This document shows, in pieces, positions 8,574-20,600 of a DNA stretch of 51,289 nucleotides. Numbering within the stretch: position 1 is the stretch's first letter; each line of letters starts with the position of its first letter. The position numbers and the translations under genes are program-made. Below the pieces are notes generated by a model. The model was not told the DNA's origin. It saw nothing but the letters and a program-made list of their open reading frames with translations, and made no database searches. Source of the stretch: Pedosphaera sp. (GTDB lineage: Bacteria > Verrucomicrobiota > Verrucomicrobiia > Limisphaerales > SIBH01); the NCBI GenBank assembly GCA_031414955.1, contig JANOQV010000089.1, positions 1 through 51,289 on the forward strand, in the 5' to 3' direction.

Positions 8574-8824
8574 CAGGGCAGACGCAGCTAAATCGGCACG
8601 CCACGAGCCTCCGAAACCGCCTCCGAAACCCCAAACCCCAAGCCCCAAGCACCAGAGAAACCCCAAGCTCCAAACCTCAAAGCGCCCCGGAGCCTCCAGG
8701 CCATCGGCCCAGTCGGAGCCGCCACCGTTTGGATCTTGGGGTTTGGAGATTCCCTGGTGCTTGGTGCTTGGGGTTTGGGGTTTTCCCTCGTGGGATCTCA
8801 CCAAATTGAGATGCGTCGGCCCTG
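8574..8824. mobile_element. 251-bp MITE with 20-bp TIRs, 10-bp TSD and internal inverted heptamer arrays
   Basis: Left end cagggcagacgcagctaaat vs reverse complement of right end cagggccgacgcatctcaat (17/20); flanks cactcaccgc (8564-8573) and cactcacagc (8825-8834); CCAA(A/G)C(C/A/T) heptamers at ~8631-8680 and their complement at ~8728-8782. Confidence 0.8.
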
Positions 8825-9102
8825 CACTCACAGCGTTGCTGGTCGCCCCGCCGCCCGCTTTGGATTCAAAGAGATGAGGGAGCGTCAGCCACTTGCGAAT
8901 CGACCCACTCCTCGAGAATTATGGGCGTGAGGTGATCGCGGTCGTAGTGCATCTACTGGCCGTCGCTCTCGAAGGCAGCCGGCAAACGAACGATCGCCGG
9001 AACAAATCATGAGCGCGTCTCATCGCATGTTGCCTGTAATAGCGCACAACTTAGGGATTGCGCGGCCCCGTTGCCTGACCAACGCTCCAGAAGCAAAAAC
9101 TT

Positions 9103-10098
9103 ATGACCCCTACTGCCATTATTGAAGGGCCGCAGACTGCGGCGGGAACGAGCCAGCTCGAGCAGCTTAAGCAATTCACCAAGGTCGTGGCCGACACCGG
9201 TGACTTTGCCAGCATTCGCAAGTATCAGCCTCGCGATGCCACCACCAATCCCAGTCTGCTCCTTAAAGCCGCGACCATGCCGGAGTATGCCGGGTTGGTG
9301 AACCAGACCATTGCCGACGCGAAGCAGGAGGCGGGCGGGCAGGATGCCCTCGACCTTGCGCTCGACAAACTTGCCGTCGCGTTCGGCCTGGAGATTTTGA
9401 AGATTGTGCCGCACCGCGTTTCAACGGAAGTGGACGCGCGGCTCAGCTTTGATACCGCAGCCTCGGTGACGAAGGCGCGCTCGCTCATCGCTCGTTACGA
9501 AAAGGCCGGAGTTTCGCGGGAGCGAATTCTCATCAAGCTCGCCTCGACGTGGGAAGGCATTCGCGCCGCCGCCGAACTCAAGCAGGACAGAATCAATTGC
9601 AACCTCACGCTGCTGTTCTCCTTCGCCCAGGCCGTGGCCTGCGCCGAGGCGGGCGTGCAACTCATTTCTCCGTTCGTTGGGCGTATCCTGGACTGGCACA
9701 AGAAGAGCACGGGCCAGGAATACAGCGCGACGGAAGACCCCGGCGTGGTCTCGGTGACGAGGATTTACAACTACTACAAAAAGTTCGGCCACCAGACTGA
9801 AGTGATGGGTGCGAGCTTCCGCAATGTTGGTGAAATTCTCGAACTGGCGGGCAGTGATCTGCTGACCATCAGCCCGGCGCTGCTGGAAGACCTGGCCAAA
9901 GCCACCGGGCCGGTAACGCGCAAGCTCACGCCCGAGTCCGCAGCGAAATCTGATCTGAAGCAACTGCACCTCGACGAGAAATCCTTTCGCTGGCTCCACA
10001 ATGAGGACCAGATGGCGACGGAGAAACTCTCGGAGGGCATCCGTCTTTTCGCCGTGGACACGCTCAAGCTGGAAAAAGTGGTGGCCGAGAAACTGTAA
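9103..10098 (+). CDS. tal: Transaldolase
   Basis: [62 protein letters not shown] motifs. Confidence 0.97.
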   Translation: MTPTAIIEGPQTAAGTSQLEQLKQFTKVVADTGDFASIRKYQPRDATTNPSLLLKAATMPEYAGLVNQTIADAKQEAGGQDALDLALDKLAVAFGLEILKIVPHRVSTEVDARLSFDTAASVTKARSLIARYEKAGVSRERILIKLASTWEGIRAAAELKQDRINCNLTLLFSFAQAVACAEAGVQLISPFVGRILDWHKKSTGQEYSATEDPGVVSVTRIYNYYKKFGHQTEVMGASFRNVGEILELAGSDLLTISPALLEDLAKATGPVTRKLTPESAAKSDLKQLHLDEKSFRWLHNEDQMATEKLSEGIRLFAVDTLKLEKVVAEKL

Positions 10099-10114
10099 GG
10101 CCGGGGAGTAAGAT

Positions 10115-10191
10115 TGGAGCGAGCGAAGGGATTCGAACCCTCGACACTCACGTTGGCAACGTGATGCTCTACCAGGCTGAGCTACGCTCGC
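10115..10191 (-). tRNA. tRNA-Gly (GCC)
   Basis: GCGAGCGTAGCTCAGCCTGGTAGAGCATCACGTTGCCAACGTGAGTGTCGAGGGTTCGAATCCCTTCGCTCGCTCCA; cloverleaf, anticodon GCC, U73, encoded CCA. Confidence 0.97.
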
Positions 10192-10209
10192 TTCCGTTCA
10201 GACCGCGCG

Positions 10210-10237
10210 AAATTAGGAGAACCGAAAGCGTTTGCAA
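10210..10237 (-). promoter_or_regulatory. Putative sigma70 promoter for tRNA-Gly
   Basis: TTGCAA-16 bp-TAATTT upstream of the tRNA and downstream of the tRNA-Ala terminator. Confidence 0.4.
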
Positions 10238-10258
10238 GTCCTCTTTTCTCCCCACTGC

Positions 10259-10281
10259 AAAAAACCGCCGGCTGCCCGGCG
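10259..10281 (-). terminator. Intrinsic terminator after tRNA-Ala
   Basis: Minus strand CGCCGG-GCAG-CCGGCG-GTTTTTT. Confidence 0.65.
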
Positions 10282-10287
10282 AAAAAG

Positions 10288-10363
10288 TGGTGGAGCCTAG
10301 GGGATTCGAACCCCTGACCTTCTCATTGCGAACGAGACGCTCTACCAACTGAGCTAAGACCCC
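10288..10363 (-). tRNA. tRNA-Ala (CGC)
   Basis: GGGGTCTTAGCTCAGTTGGTAGAGCGTCTCGTTCGCAATGAGAAGGTCAGGGGTTCGAATCCCCTAGGCTCCACCA; G3:U70 identity pair, anticodon CGC. Confidence 0.97.
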
Positions 10364-10589
10364 GACCAAAATCGGCGGCTAATATCCAAACGCCGCGCCG
10401 AAATGCAAGAGACAAGTCGCGCGGTTTTGACTGCTCGACGGGCGTCCGCGTGGCGCGACCAGTGCAGCACCCGCCTGGGAATGGAAAATCGTCGGCCCGG
10501 ACCTTGGGATTTGGTGTTTGGTGTTTCTCCCTCCCTGTGTAACGTCCGCGCGCCATGAAACGCGCGGTTGCGCTGGCTGGCTTGATCTT

Positions 10590-11969
10590 ATGACCCTGAA
10601 TGTCGCTGATGCTGATCCTTCCAAGGCCGCTGCTTTTTCCGCCGTGCCGGCGGATGTGCGGTTCGTCACGCTCGATCATGGGCTGACCCTCATCATTCGC
10701 GAGGACCGCTCGGCCCCGGTCGTCTCGGCTCAGGCGTGGTGCCGTGCGGGTTCGATCAACGAAGGGCGCTGGCTGGGCGCGGGATTGTCGCATGTGCTCG
10801 AACACATGCTCTTCAAGGGCACCAGCCATCGCGGGCCGGGCGTCATCGACAAACTCGTGCAGGATCAGGGCGGCTACATGAACGCCTACACTTCCTTCGA
10901 TCGCACCGTCTATCACATCGACGTGCCGAACACGGGCGCGAAGGTCGCGATCGACATTCTCTGCGACATCATGCGGAACGCCGCGCTCCCGGCCGACGAA
11001 CTGGGCAAGGAAATGGATGTCATCCGCCGCGAGATGGACATGAGCGTGGATGATCCGCGCCAGCGTTCCGCGCGCCGGCTCTTCGAGGTCGCTTACACGC
11101 AAAGCCCGTACCGCTTCACCGTCATCGGCTATCCCGACATCTTCAACGGCCTCCAGCGCGAGGACATTTTCAACTACTACCGCGAGCAGTACGCGCCCAA
11201 CAATGTCTTCTACGTCGTGGTCGGCGACATCAACGCGCAGGAAGTGGAGGAGCAAATCCGCGCCGCTTATGCTCCGGCCCAGGCTCAGGCGCGCGTGGCG
11301 CGGCCGCTGGCGGAGGAACCGTCGCAACTCGCCGCGCGCGAAATCATCGAAGAGGCCGCCATCGAACTGGCCCATGTCCACATGAGCTGGCACATCCCGG
11401 ACGTGCGGCATCCCGACCTGCCGCTCATCGACGTGCTGGCGACGTTGCTGGGTCATGGCCGCAGCTCGCGCCTCCATCAACAAGTGCGGGAGAAGCAGGG
11501 TCTGGTGAATTCCGTCGATGCCTGGACTTACACTCCGGGTGGCGCGGGACTCTTCGGCATGAGCGCGCTGCTGGAGGCGGACAAGTTCGAGGCCGCGCGC
11601 GCGGCCATGCTGGCAGAACTGGAACGGATGAAGCACGAACTCGTGACGCCCGCAGAACTGACCAAGGCCGTGAAACAATTCACCGCCGGCACGCTCTCGG
11701 TGCGCAAGACGATGGCCGGCCAGGCGCAGGATCTTGGTGGCAACTGGATGGCGGCGCAGGATCTGAACTTCTCTCAACGCTATCTTGAGGCCGTGAAGTG
11801 CATCACTCCCGCTGATTTGCAGCGCGTTGCCCGCACGTATCACACGGCGGAGAACCGCACGCTTTACGCGTTGGTTCCCACGGGCACCACGCCCCCGGGC
11901 CGGCCGGTGCAAAAAGCTTCCACAGAAAACCTTTCGCCCCAGGCGCGCGCGCTGCTCGCAAAGGCGTAG
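10590..11969 (+). CDS. M16 (pitrilysin/insulinase) zinc peptidase, two-domain form
   Basis: Inverted zinc motif HVLEH, GG.MNAYTSFDRTVY, Y.PNN...VVGD, LG.GRSSRL...VRE; start uncertain (ATG 10590 chosen). Confidence 0.9.
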   Translation: MTLNVADADPSKAAAFSAVPADVRFVTLDHGLTLIIREDRSAPVVSAQAWCRAGSINEGRWLGAGLSHVLEHMLFKGTSHRGPGVIDKLVQDQGGYMNAYTSFDRTVYHIDVPNTGAKVAIDILCDIMRNAALPADELGKEMDVIRREMDMSVDDPRQRSARRLFEVAYTQSPYRFTVIGYPDIFNGLQREDIFNYYREQYAPNNVFYVVVGDINAQEVEEQIRAAYAPAQAQARVARPLAEEPSQLAAREIIEEAAIELAHVHMSWHIPDVRHPDLPLIDVLATLLGHGRSSRLHQQVREKQGLVNSVDAWTYTPGGAGLFGMSALLEADKFEAARAAMLAELERMKHELVTPAELTKAVKQFTAGTLSVRKTMAGQAQDLGGNWMAAQDLNFSQRYLEAVKCITPADLQRVARTYHTAENRTLYALVPTGTTPPGRPVQKASTENLSPQARALLAKA

Positions 11970-12041
11970 TTCATTGCTGGAGGCGTGAGCGAGGCGCGGG
12001 ATTCGTCCGCGAACGGACGGAGGAGGCCTCCGCGCCGGCGG

Positions 12042-13301
12042 CTACTTTGGGATGCCATCGGCGCGCGGTTTCCAGACTGTGAACACGACGCATACGCCCA
12101 CCAGCAGCAGACCGAACAGACCCAGCAGACCGATCACCTTGGTAAAACTGCCATGCACATGATGGAGCGTCACACCGTAGCCTGCCGCCACGGCCACGAG
12201 CCAGGGCACGACGGCAAACCGTTCCCGGGCGAGCAGGTTGTTGATCAGGACGTTGGCGACGGCCAGCGGCAACATGCACCACGCGAACCACGGCACGAGC
12301 CACGCGCTCTGGATGAATTGATCGCGCGACAGAACCCGCAACGGGAGTTCGGGCATGAGGCTGCAAGCCACGGCCGCCAGCACACCGATCAGTCCTGTCG
12401 CGCCCAGAGCCTGGGCGAGGACGTTCGATTTTTCCGATAGCGCCATGCTCCGGGCCACTTTCGGAAACAACACGGCCGCCAGCGGGGCGGTCAGAAAGAC
12501 CAACGCCGTGCCGACAATCCGCGCCGCGCCGTATTCGTCCGTGTTCCTGGCGAAAAATCGCTGCACCGTGATCATGTCTTGCGTGAACATGTAAGTGAAC
12601 GCGCCCAAGCCCAGGGTCAGCGGCACGACTCGGCGGAGCCAGCCTCTCCAGTCAAAGGGAGCGGCGGGGCCACGCCACGCATCATGCGATCGCCACACGA
12701 AGACGCCGAGCGCGACCAACGATCCGGCCAGCACGCCGGCCATGGCTCCGGCCGCTTGTTGAGCCAGCCAGACCACAAGAACGGCGACGGCGGCAAACCG
12801 GCCCACGCCGTTGAGGATCGTGGCCCATCCGAACCAAAGGAAATCCTGCCGGCCTTGAAGCAGTCCCGCGAAGAGGGGGGTGAGCATCGACACGAGCGCC
12901 ACGCCCAGCAGGAGCCAGAGGGCGGTGGCATTACCAATCTTGTAGTCGGCCAACAGCCGTGCCTGAAACACCACCGCCAGCACGGCGACGATCAGCCAGA
13001 AGCTGAACAGAACTTTGAGCACGCCCCGCACGGTTCCCGCCAGCACCGCGCGCCTTTGTTCGTCATGTGCCGCCCCGGCTTGCTGCGCAAACACCGTCTG
13101 GAGGCCGATGGCGGGAATGGCCAACTGCCCCAGCGCCGTGAGCAGCGTGGCGAAGACTCCGTACTGCGACTCGCCGGTGAGCACATCCTTGGGCATGCGC
13201 TGGGCCGCGGCTTGCACGAGAAACATGAAGACCCCGCCGCCGATGGTGGCCATGAGCATCCAGCCGCTCTGACGGAAAAAAGTGAAACGTCCCTCCTTCA
13301 T
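12042..13301 (-). CDS. Polysaccharide/oligosaccharide flippase-like (MOP/Wzx superfamily) membrane protein
   Basis: ~12 hydrophobic segments, YGVFATL, GLLQG.Q.F, YGAA...G...VF, VLFPKVA; ATGA overlap with the upstream M20 gene. Confidence 0.75.
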   Translation of the reverse strand: MKEGRFTFFRQSGWMLMATIGGGVFMFLVQAAAQRMPKDVLTGESQYGVFATLLTALGQLAIPAIGLQTVFAQQAGAAHDEQRRAVLAGTVRGVLKVLFSFWLIVAVLAVVFQARLLADYKIGNATALWLLLGVALVSMLTPLFAGLLQGRQDFLWFGWATILNGVGRFAAVAVLVVWLAQQAAGAMAGVLAGSLVALGVFVWRSHDAWRGPAAPFDWRGWLRRVVPLTLGLGAFTYMFTQDMITVQRFFARNTDEYGAARIVGTALVFLTAPLAAVLFPKVARSMALSEKSNVLAQALGATGLIGVLAAVACSLMPELPLRVLSRDQFIQSAWLVPWFAWCMLPLAVANVLINNLLARERFAVVPWLVAVAAGYGVTLHHVHGSFTKVIGLLGLFGLLLVGVCVVFTVWKPRADGIPK

Positions 13302-14434
13302 GGCAGCGATTGCAGAAACTTTATCAGCAGTTCCGTGCCGCGTTCCAGCGAGCGGACGGAAATCCATTCCTCGGCGGTGTGCGCCTGCGCGATGTCGCCG
13401 GGGCCGAACAGAACCGCCGGCGTGCCGCCGCGTGCGAAGACCGAGGCATCGCTGAAGTAATGCACGCCGAGCGGCGCGCGCTGCCGGGTCACTTGCATCA
13501 AGATCTGCACGAGCGGCAGCCGCGCGTCCGTCTCCATGGGCCAGCAAGGCGCGGCGGCTTTGTCGTCCGCGACCTTGGCCGCGAGACCGTGCTGCTTCAG
13601 GAGGGAACGGATTTCACGAATCACGGCCGCCTGGCGTTCGCCCGGCAGGGTGCGGCGGTCGATGGAAATCTCACAATGGTCGGGCACGATGTTTGGCTGG
13701 GTGCCGCCGCGAATGCGACCGACATTCACCGTGGCGCGACCGAGCAGGGGATGACGGCGACGGGCGATTTGCCGGGCGTAATCTGTCTCCAACACCTCCA
13801 CCACGCGGGCCATGAGATGAATGGCGTTGCGGCCCAATTCGGGGCAGGCCCCATGCGCGGCCCGGCCCCGGGTGCGTGCGGTCAGCCACAGGTCGCCCTT
13901 GTGCGCGGTGACGACTTGCAGCCGTGTTGGTTCGCCGACGATGGCGAGGTCGGCTCGAAATCCCTGTCTCACCAGCGCCCGCGAACCGCCTTGATTGCTC
14001 TCCTCGTCCACCAGCGCGGCAAAAACAATCTCCGTCTCGCGTGGACGTTGCGCGCTGTGGGCCACCTTGAGCAGGGCCGTGAGCATGGCGGCGACGGAAC
14101 CCTTGGTGTCGCACGCGCCGCGACCGAAGAGACGGTCGCCTTTCTTGCGTGGTTGAAACATGGATTCCGGCATGTCGGCATGGCCCACGGTGTCCATGTG
14201 CGGGGCGAGCACGATGCGCTGGCGCGGACGGGCCGGAGTGAGTCGCGCGAGAAGGTTGCTGCGTCCGGGCAACGCTTCCCCAATGGATACGTCCAGCCCG
14301 CCTCGCGCGGCGGTGGCGGTGAGAAAATCCGCGACCCGCTGCTCGCCGGCCCGCGCATCCCGCGCCGGCATGAAGGCGGGATTCACGCTGGGCAGCGCGA
14401 TCAGTTCGCGAAGAAGTTTTTCGGCCGGAGTCAT
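13298..14434 (-). CDS. M20 family metallopeptidase/deacylase (ArgE/DapE-like)
   Basis: LIALPSVNP, HMDTV, GRGACDTKG, DEE, GEPT, G.AAH, GG.Q.NIVP, GPGDI..AH..EE. Confidence 0.92.
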   Translation of the reverse strand: MTPAEKLLRELIALPSVNPAFMPARDARAGEQRVADFLTATAARGGLDVSIGEALPGRSNLLARLTPARPRQRIVLAPHMDTVGHADMPESMFQPRKKGDRLFGRGACDTKGSVAAMLTALLKVAHSAQRPRETEIVFAALVDEESNQGGSRALVRQGFRADLAIVGEPTRLQVVTAHKGDLWLTARTRGRAAHGACPELGRNAIHLMARVVEVLETDYARQIARRRHPLLGRATVNVGRIRGGTQPNIVPDHCEISIDRRTLPGERQAAVIREIRSLLKQHGLAAKVADDKAAAPCWPMETDARLPLVQILMQVTRQRAPLGVHYFSDASVFARGGTPAVLFGPGDIAQAHTAEEWISVRSLERGTELLIKFLQSLP

Positions 14435-14672
14435 CAGGCGCAAATGCGCGCGCACACTAGGCGGCGCGCGCAACCCCGCGCAAGCTCTGCGGAAGTGTAG
14501 GTCACGATGGGGGTGCGGGTTTGAGCAACAGGCCCGGGCCACATCTCGTGGCTGGAGCGGCTGGGTTCCACTCCAACCGCAGTCTCTCTTTGTTGTGCCC
14601 ATCCGCTCCCAAATCAGATTCAGCCCTTGTGGTGCCTTCGACCGTGAGTATCTTTCCGCACTCTCAAATCGC

Positions 14673-17600
14673 GTGAAAAACATTGTTTGCCTTGTCGTGT
14701 GCTGGTGCGGGCTGGCTGCCAGTCACTTCTCCGCTGCGGCCGCCATCCTCATCAACGAAATCCATTACAACCCGGACGTGAAGACGGAGCCGGCGGAGTT
14801 CGTGGAGCTGTTCAACACCGGGCCGGGCACGGTGAACCTCACCGGTTGGTACTTCTCGGAAGGTCTCAACTACGTGTTCCCCGCGACGAATGTGGCGGCC
14901 GGCGGTTTTGTCGTGGTGGCGCAGAACCCGGCCTTTCTCCAGACCAAGTACGGCGCGGCGGGCGCGCTCGGGCCGTTCAACACCAACGGCAGCTCGGGGT
15001 TGGCGGGACGCGGGGATAAAATCACGCTGCGCAACGCGGCCAACCAGATTCAGGATGAAGTGGAATACGCGCTCGGTTTCCCGTGGCCCACCGTGGGCGA
15101 TCCGCCAGGGTACTCGATCGAGTTGATTCATCCCAGCCTCGACAACGATCTGGGCGGAAGCTGGCGGGCTTCGACCAGCGCCGCAGTCGGCCAGAGCTCG
15201 AACACGCTGGTGGCCGATGGCGCGTCGTGGAAATTCTTCAAAGGCACCAACGAGGCGTCCAGCCCCACGACGGCCTGGCGGATGGCGGGCTTCAATGACA
15301 CCAACTGGGACAGCGGGGCCGCTCCGATTGGTTACGGCGAGGCGTTCATCGTGACGCCGCTGAATGACATGCGGTCGAACTACACCGCGGTGTTTTTCCG
15401 CAAGACGTTCACGGTCAGCGATCCGTTCATCTACAACACGCTCAGTTTCGAGGCGCAGTACGACGACGGCTTCAAGGTCTGGATCAATGGGAGCAATGTG
15501 TTGAATCAGAACATCTCGGTGAGTGAAGTGCCGTTCGATGGCACCGCCGGGGTGAACGAGGAGTTTGCCACCTTTCGGCTGTTCACGCTGAACAATCCTT
15601 CGGCCTACTTGCAGGCGGGCACGAACGTCATCGCGATTCAGGCTCACAACATTTCCAAGAACGACAGCTCGGACTTTTTCCTCAACGTGCGGCTCGCCGG
15701 TTTGACTGGCGCGGTCGGGGCCGGGCCGACGCCGGGTCGCATCAACGCGGTCTATTCTCTCAACGCACCGCCGCAGATTCGCCAGGTCGAGCATGCTCCG
15801 AAACAGCCGGCCGGCGGAGTGCCGGTGCGGATCACCGCCAAGGTCACGGACCCCGACGGCGTGAGCGCGGTGACGCTGGAGTATCAAATCGTGAATCCGG
15901 GCAGTTACATCGAGCTGGCCAGCGCGGCTTACACCAACGCGGCGAACTGGATTTCCGTCCCGATGAATGACGTGGGGACCAACAGCGACGTGACGGCGGG
16001 GGATGACCTGTTCATGGCCGAGATTCCTGCCGCCGTGCAGACGCACCGGCGGCTCATTCGCTACCGCATCACCGTGGCCGACACCGGCGGGCGCTCGGTG
16101 CGCGTGCCGTACGTGGATGATCCGGAGCCGAACTTCGCCTACTTCGTTTACAACGGCGTGCCGGCCTGGACCGGCGCGGTGCAGCCGGGCGCGGGCGGTT
16201 CCAATGGCGCGGTGGTCACGGTCGCCAGCAACGAGATGTCGCGCCTGCCCACGATTCATCTGATCGGCGTGAGCAACACGGTGGCGACGGCGACGTGGTT
16301 CAGCCGTTACGGGGGCGACCTTTATCAATGGGGCGGGACGCTGGTCTATGACGGCAAAGTGTATGATCACGTCCGTTACCGCGCGCGCGGCGGGGTGTGG
16401 CGCTATTCGATGGTGAAGAACATGTGGAAGTTCGACTTCAATCGCGGGCATGACTTCGAGGCGCGGGACAACTGGGGCCGGAAGTTTGATGTGCCGTGGC
16501 GCAAGCTGAACCTGGGTTCCTGCATCCAGCAGGGCGATTTCAACCATCGCGGCGAGCAGGGGCTTTTTGAGTCGGTTGGATTCCGCCTGTTCCAGATGGC
16601 CGGCGTGGAGGGACCGAACTCGACCTTCTCGACTCTGCGCGTGATTGACGATGCGCAGGAAGCCGCACCGGGCACGCAATACGAGGGAGATTTCTGGGGG
16701 CTTTACCTGATGCTCGAACAGGAGGACGGGCGTTTCCTGGAGGAGCACGAACGGGCGGACTCCAACTTCTACAAGATGGAGGGCGGCACCGGAGAATTGA
16801 ACAACCTTGGACCCAACGGCCCGAGCGACAAATCCGACCTCAACTACATCCTCAACAACTACACCGGCGCCACCGACCAATGGTGGCGCACGAACTGGAA
16901 CCTGGGCCGCTACTACAGCTACCAGGCCATCGTGCAGGGCATCCACCACTTCGACATCAGCGACAACAAAAACTATTTCTACTACTACGACTCGCAGACC
17001 CGGCTCTGGGAAGTGGTGTCGTGGGATCTGGACCTGACCTGGGCGCACAACATGTATCGCTCCGATGTCGCCGGCTCGGGCGTGGACCGGTTGGCGGAAC
17101 GCATTCTCAATCCGACCAAGGAGGCCGGCACGGGCGGGCAGGCCGGCACGGGCGTGATGCGTTTGAGCGGGACGCGGCCCGTCTTCGACACGGAGTTTCG
17201 CAACCGCGTGCGCGAGATCCGGGACCTGCTCTTCAACACGGATCAGGCCTGGAAATTGATCGAGGAGTACGCGGCCCTGGCGCGCGGTCCCGTCGGCACG
17301 CCCAGTGTGATCGATGCGGATCGCATGCAGTGGGATTACAACCCGAAGATGAATGACGGCGCTTACACCCCGAACCTCGGCAAGGCGGGCACGGGCCGCT
17401 ACTACCAGTTCCCGAGCGAGAGCGGGACGAACGTCGCGCTCAAGGGCAGCTTCAACGCCTCGATTCAGGTGGTGAAGAATTACGTCAACACGCGCGCGGG
17501 TTATCTCGACGAACTGGCCACGGATGCCGCCAAGCCCGCCACGCCCACGGTGGCCTCCACCGGCCCGGGAGGTTTCCCGATCAACCGACTGAACTTCCGC

Positions 17601-20600
17601 TCGACCAATTACAGCGGGGGCAATCCCTTCGCCGCGTTGCGCTGGCGCGTCGGTGAAATCACGGACACGAACAGCATCAACTACCGCGCCGACGAGCCGC
17701 GCAAGTATGAGATCGAAACCGTCTGGGAGAGCGGCCCCATCGCCGCCTTCAATGCGGACATCACCGTGCCGGCGAATCTGCTCCGTGTCGGCAGTCGCTA
17801 TCGCCTGCGCGTGCAGCACACCGACACGACCGCGCGCAACAGCCACTGGTCGGCTCCGCAGGAATTTGTGGTCGGTCCGTCGGACAATCTGGCCGACTTG
17901 CTGAATTATCTGCGCATCACCGAGGTGATGTACAATCCGCTGCCCGGCGGCTTTGAGTTCATCGAACTGCACAACACCAGCGCAACTCTCACGCTCGATC
18001 TGGCGGGAGTGAAGTTCACCCAGGGCATCGACTTCACGTTTCCGTCTGGGGCCACGCTCGCGCCCGGCGCGTATCTCGTGGTGGTGGGCACGGCGGACCT
18101 GGCGGCGTTTCGCGCTTATCACGGACTGGCGCCGGAGGTGGTGGTCTATGGTCCGTATTCCGGTTCGCTCAACAACGCGGGCGAGCAACTCGTGCTGCGC
18201 ACCTCGGCGGGTGGCAGCGACATCGTGAACTTCAGCTATGGCGACGGGCGCGGCTGGCCGGTCGCGGCGGATGGCGGCGGACACTCCATGGTCTTCCTCG
18301 ACGGCGCGCTCGCAGCGCAAGGTTCGGGCGCGGGTGATTACGCCGGCAGTTGGCGCGGCAGCACTTTTTTGCGCGGCTCGCCTGGCGCGGCGGATGCGGT
18401 GCCGGTGCCGACGATTTTGCTGAACGAGATCGTGGCCCACACGGACTTCACCAACGAGTTGGATTCCAACGACTGGATCGAGCTGTTCAATCCGACCGAC
18501 TCGCCCGTCACGCTCGGCCCCGGCTGGTATTTGAGCGATGACGGCTCGGCCTACACCAACCTGATGAAGTGGGCCATCCCCACGAACACCACGATCCCGG
18601 CGCATGGCTGGGTGAGCTTCGATGAAGTGACTGGCTTTCATTTTCCCACGAACATCGGCTTCGGACTGAACAAGGGTGGCGAGCAGGTCTTCCTCTCCTA
18701 CTTGCCCGGCACGGTGCAGGACCGCGTGGTGGATGCGGTGAGTTTCAAAGGCCAGGAGAACGACTGGTCGCTGGGCCGCTACCCGGATGGCGCGCCGTTC
18801 TGGTATGGCCTGACGCCGCGCACGCGTGACACCACCAACGCCGCCCCGCCGTCTCGCGTCCACATCAGCGAAGTGAATTATCATCCGCCCGACTTCCTGG
18901 TGGGCACGAACCTTACCGACAATTCGCTCGATGAATTCGTGGAAATCCACAACGGCACGCCCGGTCCGGTGACATTGCACAACACGAACGGAACCTGGCG
19001 CGTGAACGGCGGCGTGAACTTCACCTTCCCGACCAATCTCACCCTCGCGGCCGACGAGTACGCATTGCTGGTGAACTTCGATCCCTCGACCAACGCCGCG
19101 GTGTCGAACGCCTTTCGCAGTCTTTACGGCATCACCGATCCCGCCCTCCGCATCCTCGGCCCGTACGCCGGCAAGCTGGCCAACAACAGCGACCGCCTCG
19201 CGCTGGAACTGCCGCAACATCCCGACGGCACCAACGACTCCGTCAGTTGGGTGATCGTCGATGAGGTGCTCTACGCCGATCAGCCGCCGTGGCCCTGCGG
19301 CAGTGACGGCACGGGGAATTCCCTCCAGCGTCTCAGCACCACGTTGCACGGAACCGATCCCGCGCAATGGGCCGCCGAGCCGCCGACGGCGGGACGCGCC
19401 CGCGCGAATCTGCCGGCGGGATTGCCGACCATCACCTCGCAGCCGCAGGATCGCATCGCGGCCACGAACGGTTCGACCTCGTTCAGCGTGAGCCTGTGCG
19501 GCACGCCGCCCTTCGCTTATCAATGGCTGTTCAACGAAGGGGCCATCGGCGGCGCGACCAATGCCACCTTGAACCTCTCCGCGCTCACCGTCGCGCACGC
19601 GGGCGGATACCGCGTCATCGTGGCGAATGCTGCCGGTTCGATCACCAGCCAGGTCGCCACCCTCATCGTGCAGTCGCCGCCCTTCGTCCTCGTGCAGCCG
19701 CAGCCGGTCGTGATCAGCAGCAACCAATCCGCCTTCTTCAGCGTGACGGCGGGCGGGACGCCGCCGCTGGCCTACCAGTGGCAGCGCAACACGGTGAACC
19801 TGCCTGGCGCGACGAACGACACGCTGCTGTTGACGAATGTGCATCCCAGCCAGGCGGGCCAGTATCGCGTGCTGGTGAGCAACACCGCCGGCTCCGTGTT
19901 CAGTTCCAACGTGCTGCTCACGGTCCAGGTGCCGGTCTATTTCTCGATTCAACCGACCAACCAGATCACTGTCGAGCCGGGCACGAACGTGAACCTCGTC
20001 TCGCTGGCCGTGGGCAATGGCACCGTGCTTTATCAGTGGCGCTTCGAGGGCACGAATCTTCCCCACGCCACCAATGCCACCTTCAGCTTCGCCAACGCCT
20101 CGCTGGCCTTCGGGCACGGCATCTTCTCCGTCGTCGCCACGGATGACCTCAGCACGGCCACCAGCAGCAACGCGCTGGTCTTCGTCCGCCTTCGCCCCGG
20201 CATTGTTTTGCAGCCTTTGCCCCAGGCGGTCATTCAGGGTCAGAGTGCCATGTTTATTTGCGTGGTGACCGGGGCGCCGCCGATCAGCATTCGCTGGCTG
20301 ACCAATGGGGTCGGCTATCTTACCAACAGCAGCGGCATCCTGGTCATTCCGAACGCCCAGTTGAATTTCAGTCTGCGCGCCAACCCGGTGAATCTCGCCG
20401 GCGGTGTGAACAGCTCCACGGTCGCGCTGACCATCCTGCGCGACTTCGACGGCGACGGTCTCGCCGACAGTTGGGAGACGAACTATTTTGGTTTCAGCAC
20501 CAATAACCCGGCGGATGGCCTGCTCGATTTCGATGGGGATGGGATGAGCAATTACGATGAGTACCGCGCCCGGACAAACCCGACCAACGCGCTGAGTGTT

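Noticed and set aside
8350..8877. ORFs with PKPQTPS / WCLGLGVW repeats (also the N-terminal extension of uvrC to 34379)
   Set aside because: Translations of the heptamer MITE, not proteins.
10115..10363. tRNAs as island integration sites
   Set aside because: I saw no duplicated tRNA 3' end and no integrase in the window.
14554..14609. ggagcggctggg...cccatccgctcc stem in the divergent promoter region; also hairpins at 12004-12019 and 42524-42550
   Set aside because: Single short stems in GC-rich DNA; could be decayed REPs or terminators but not supportable.
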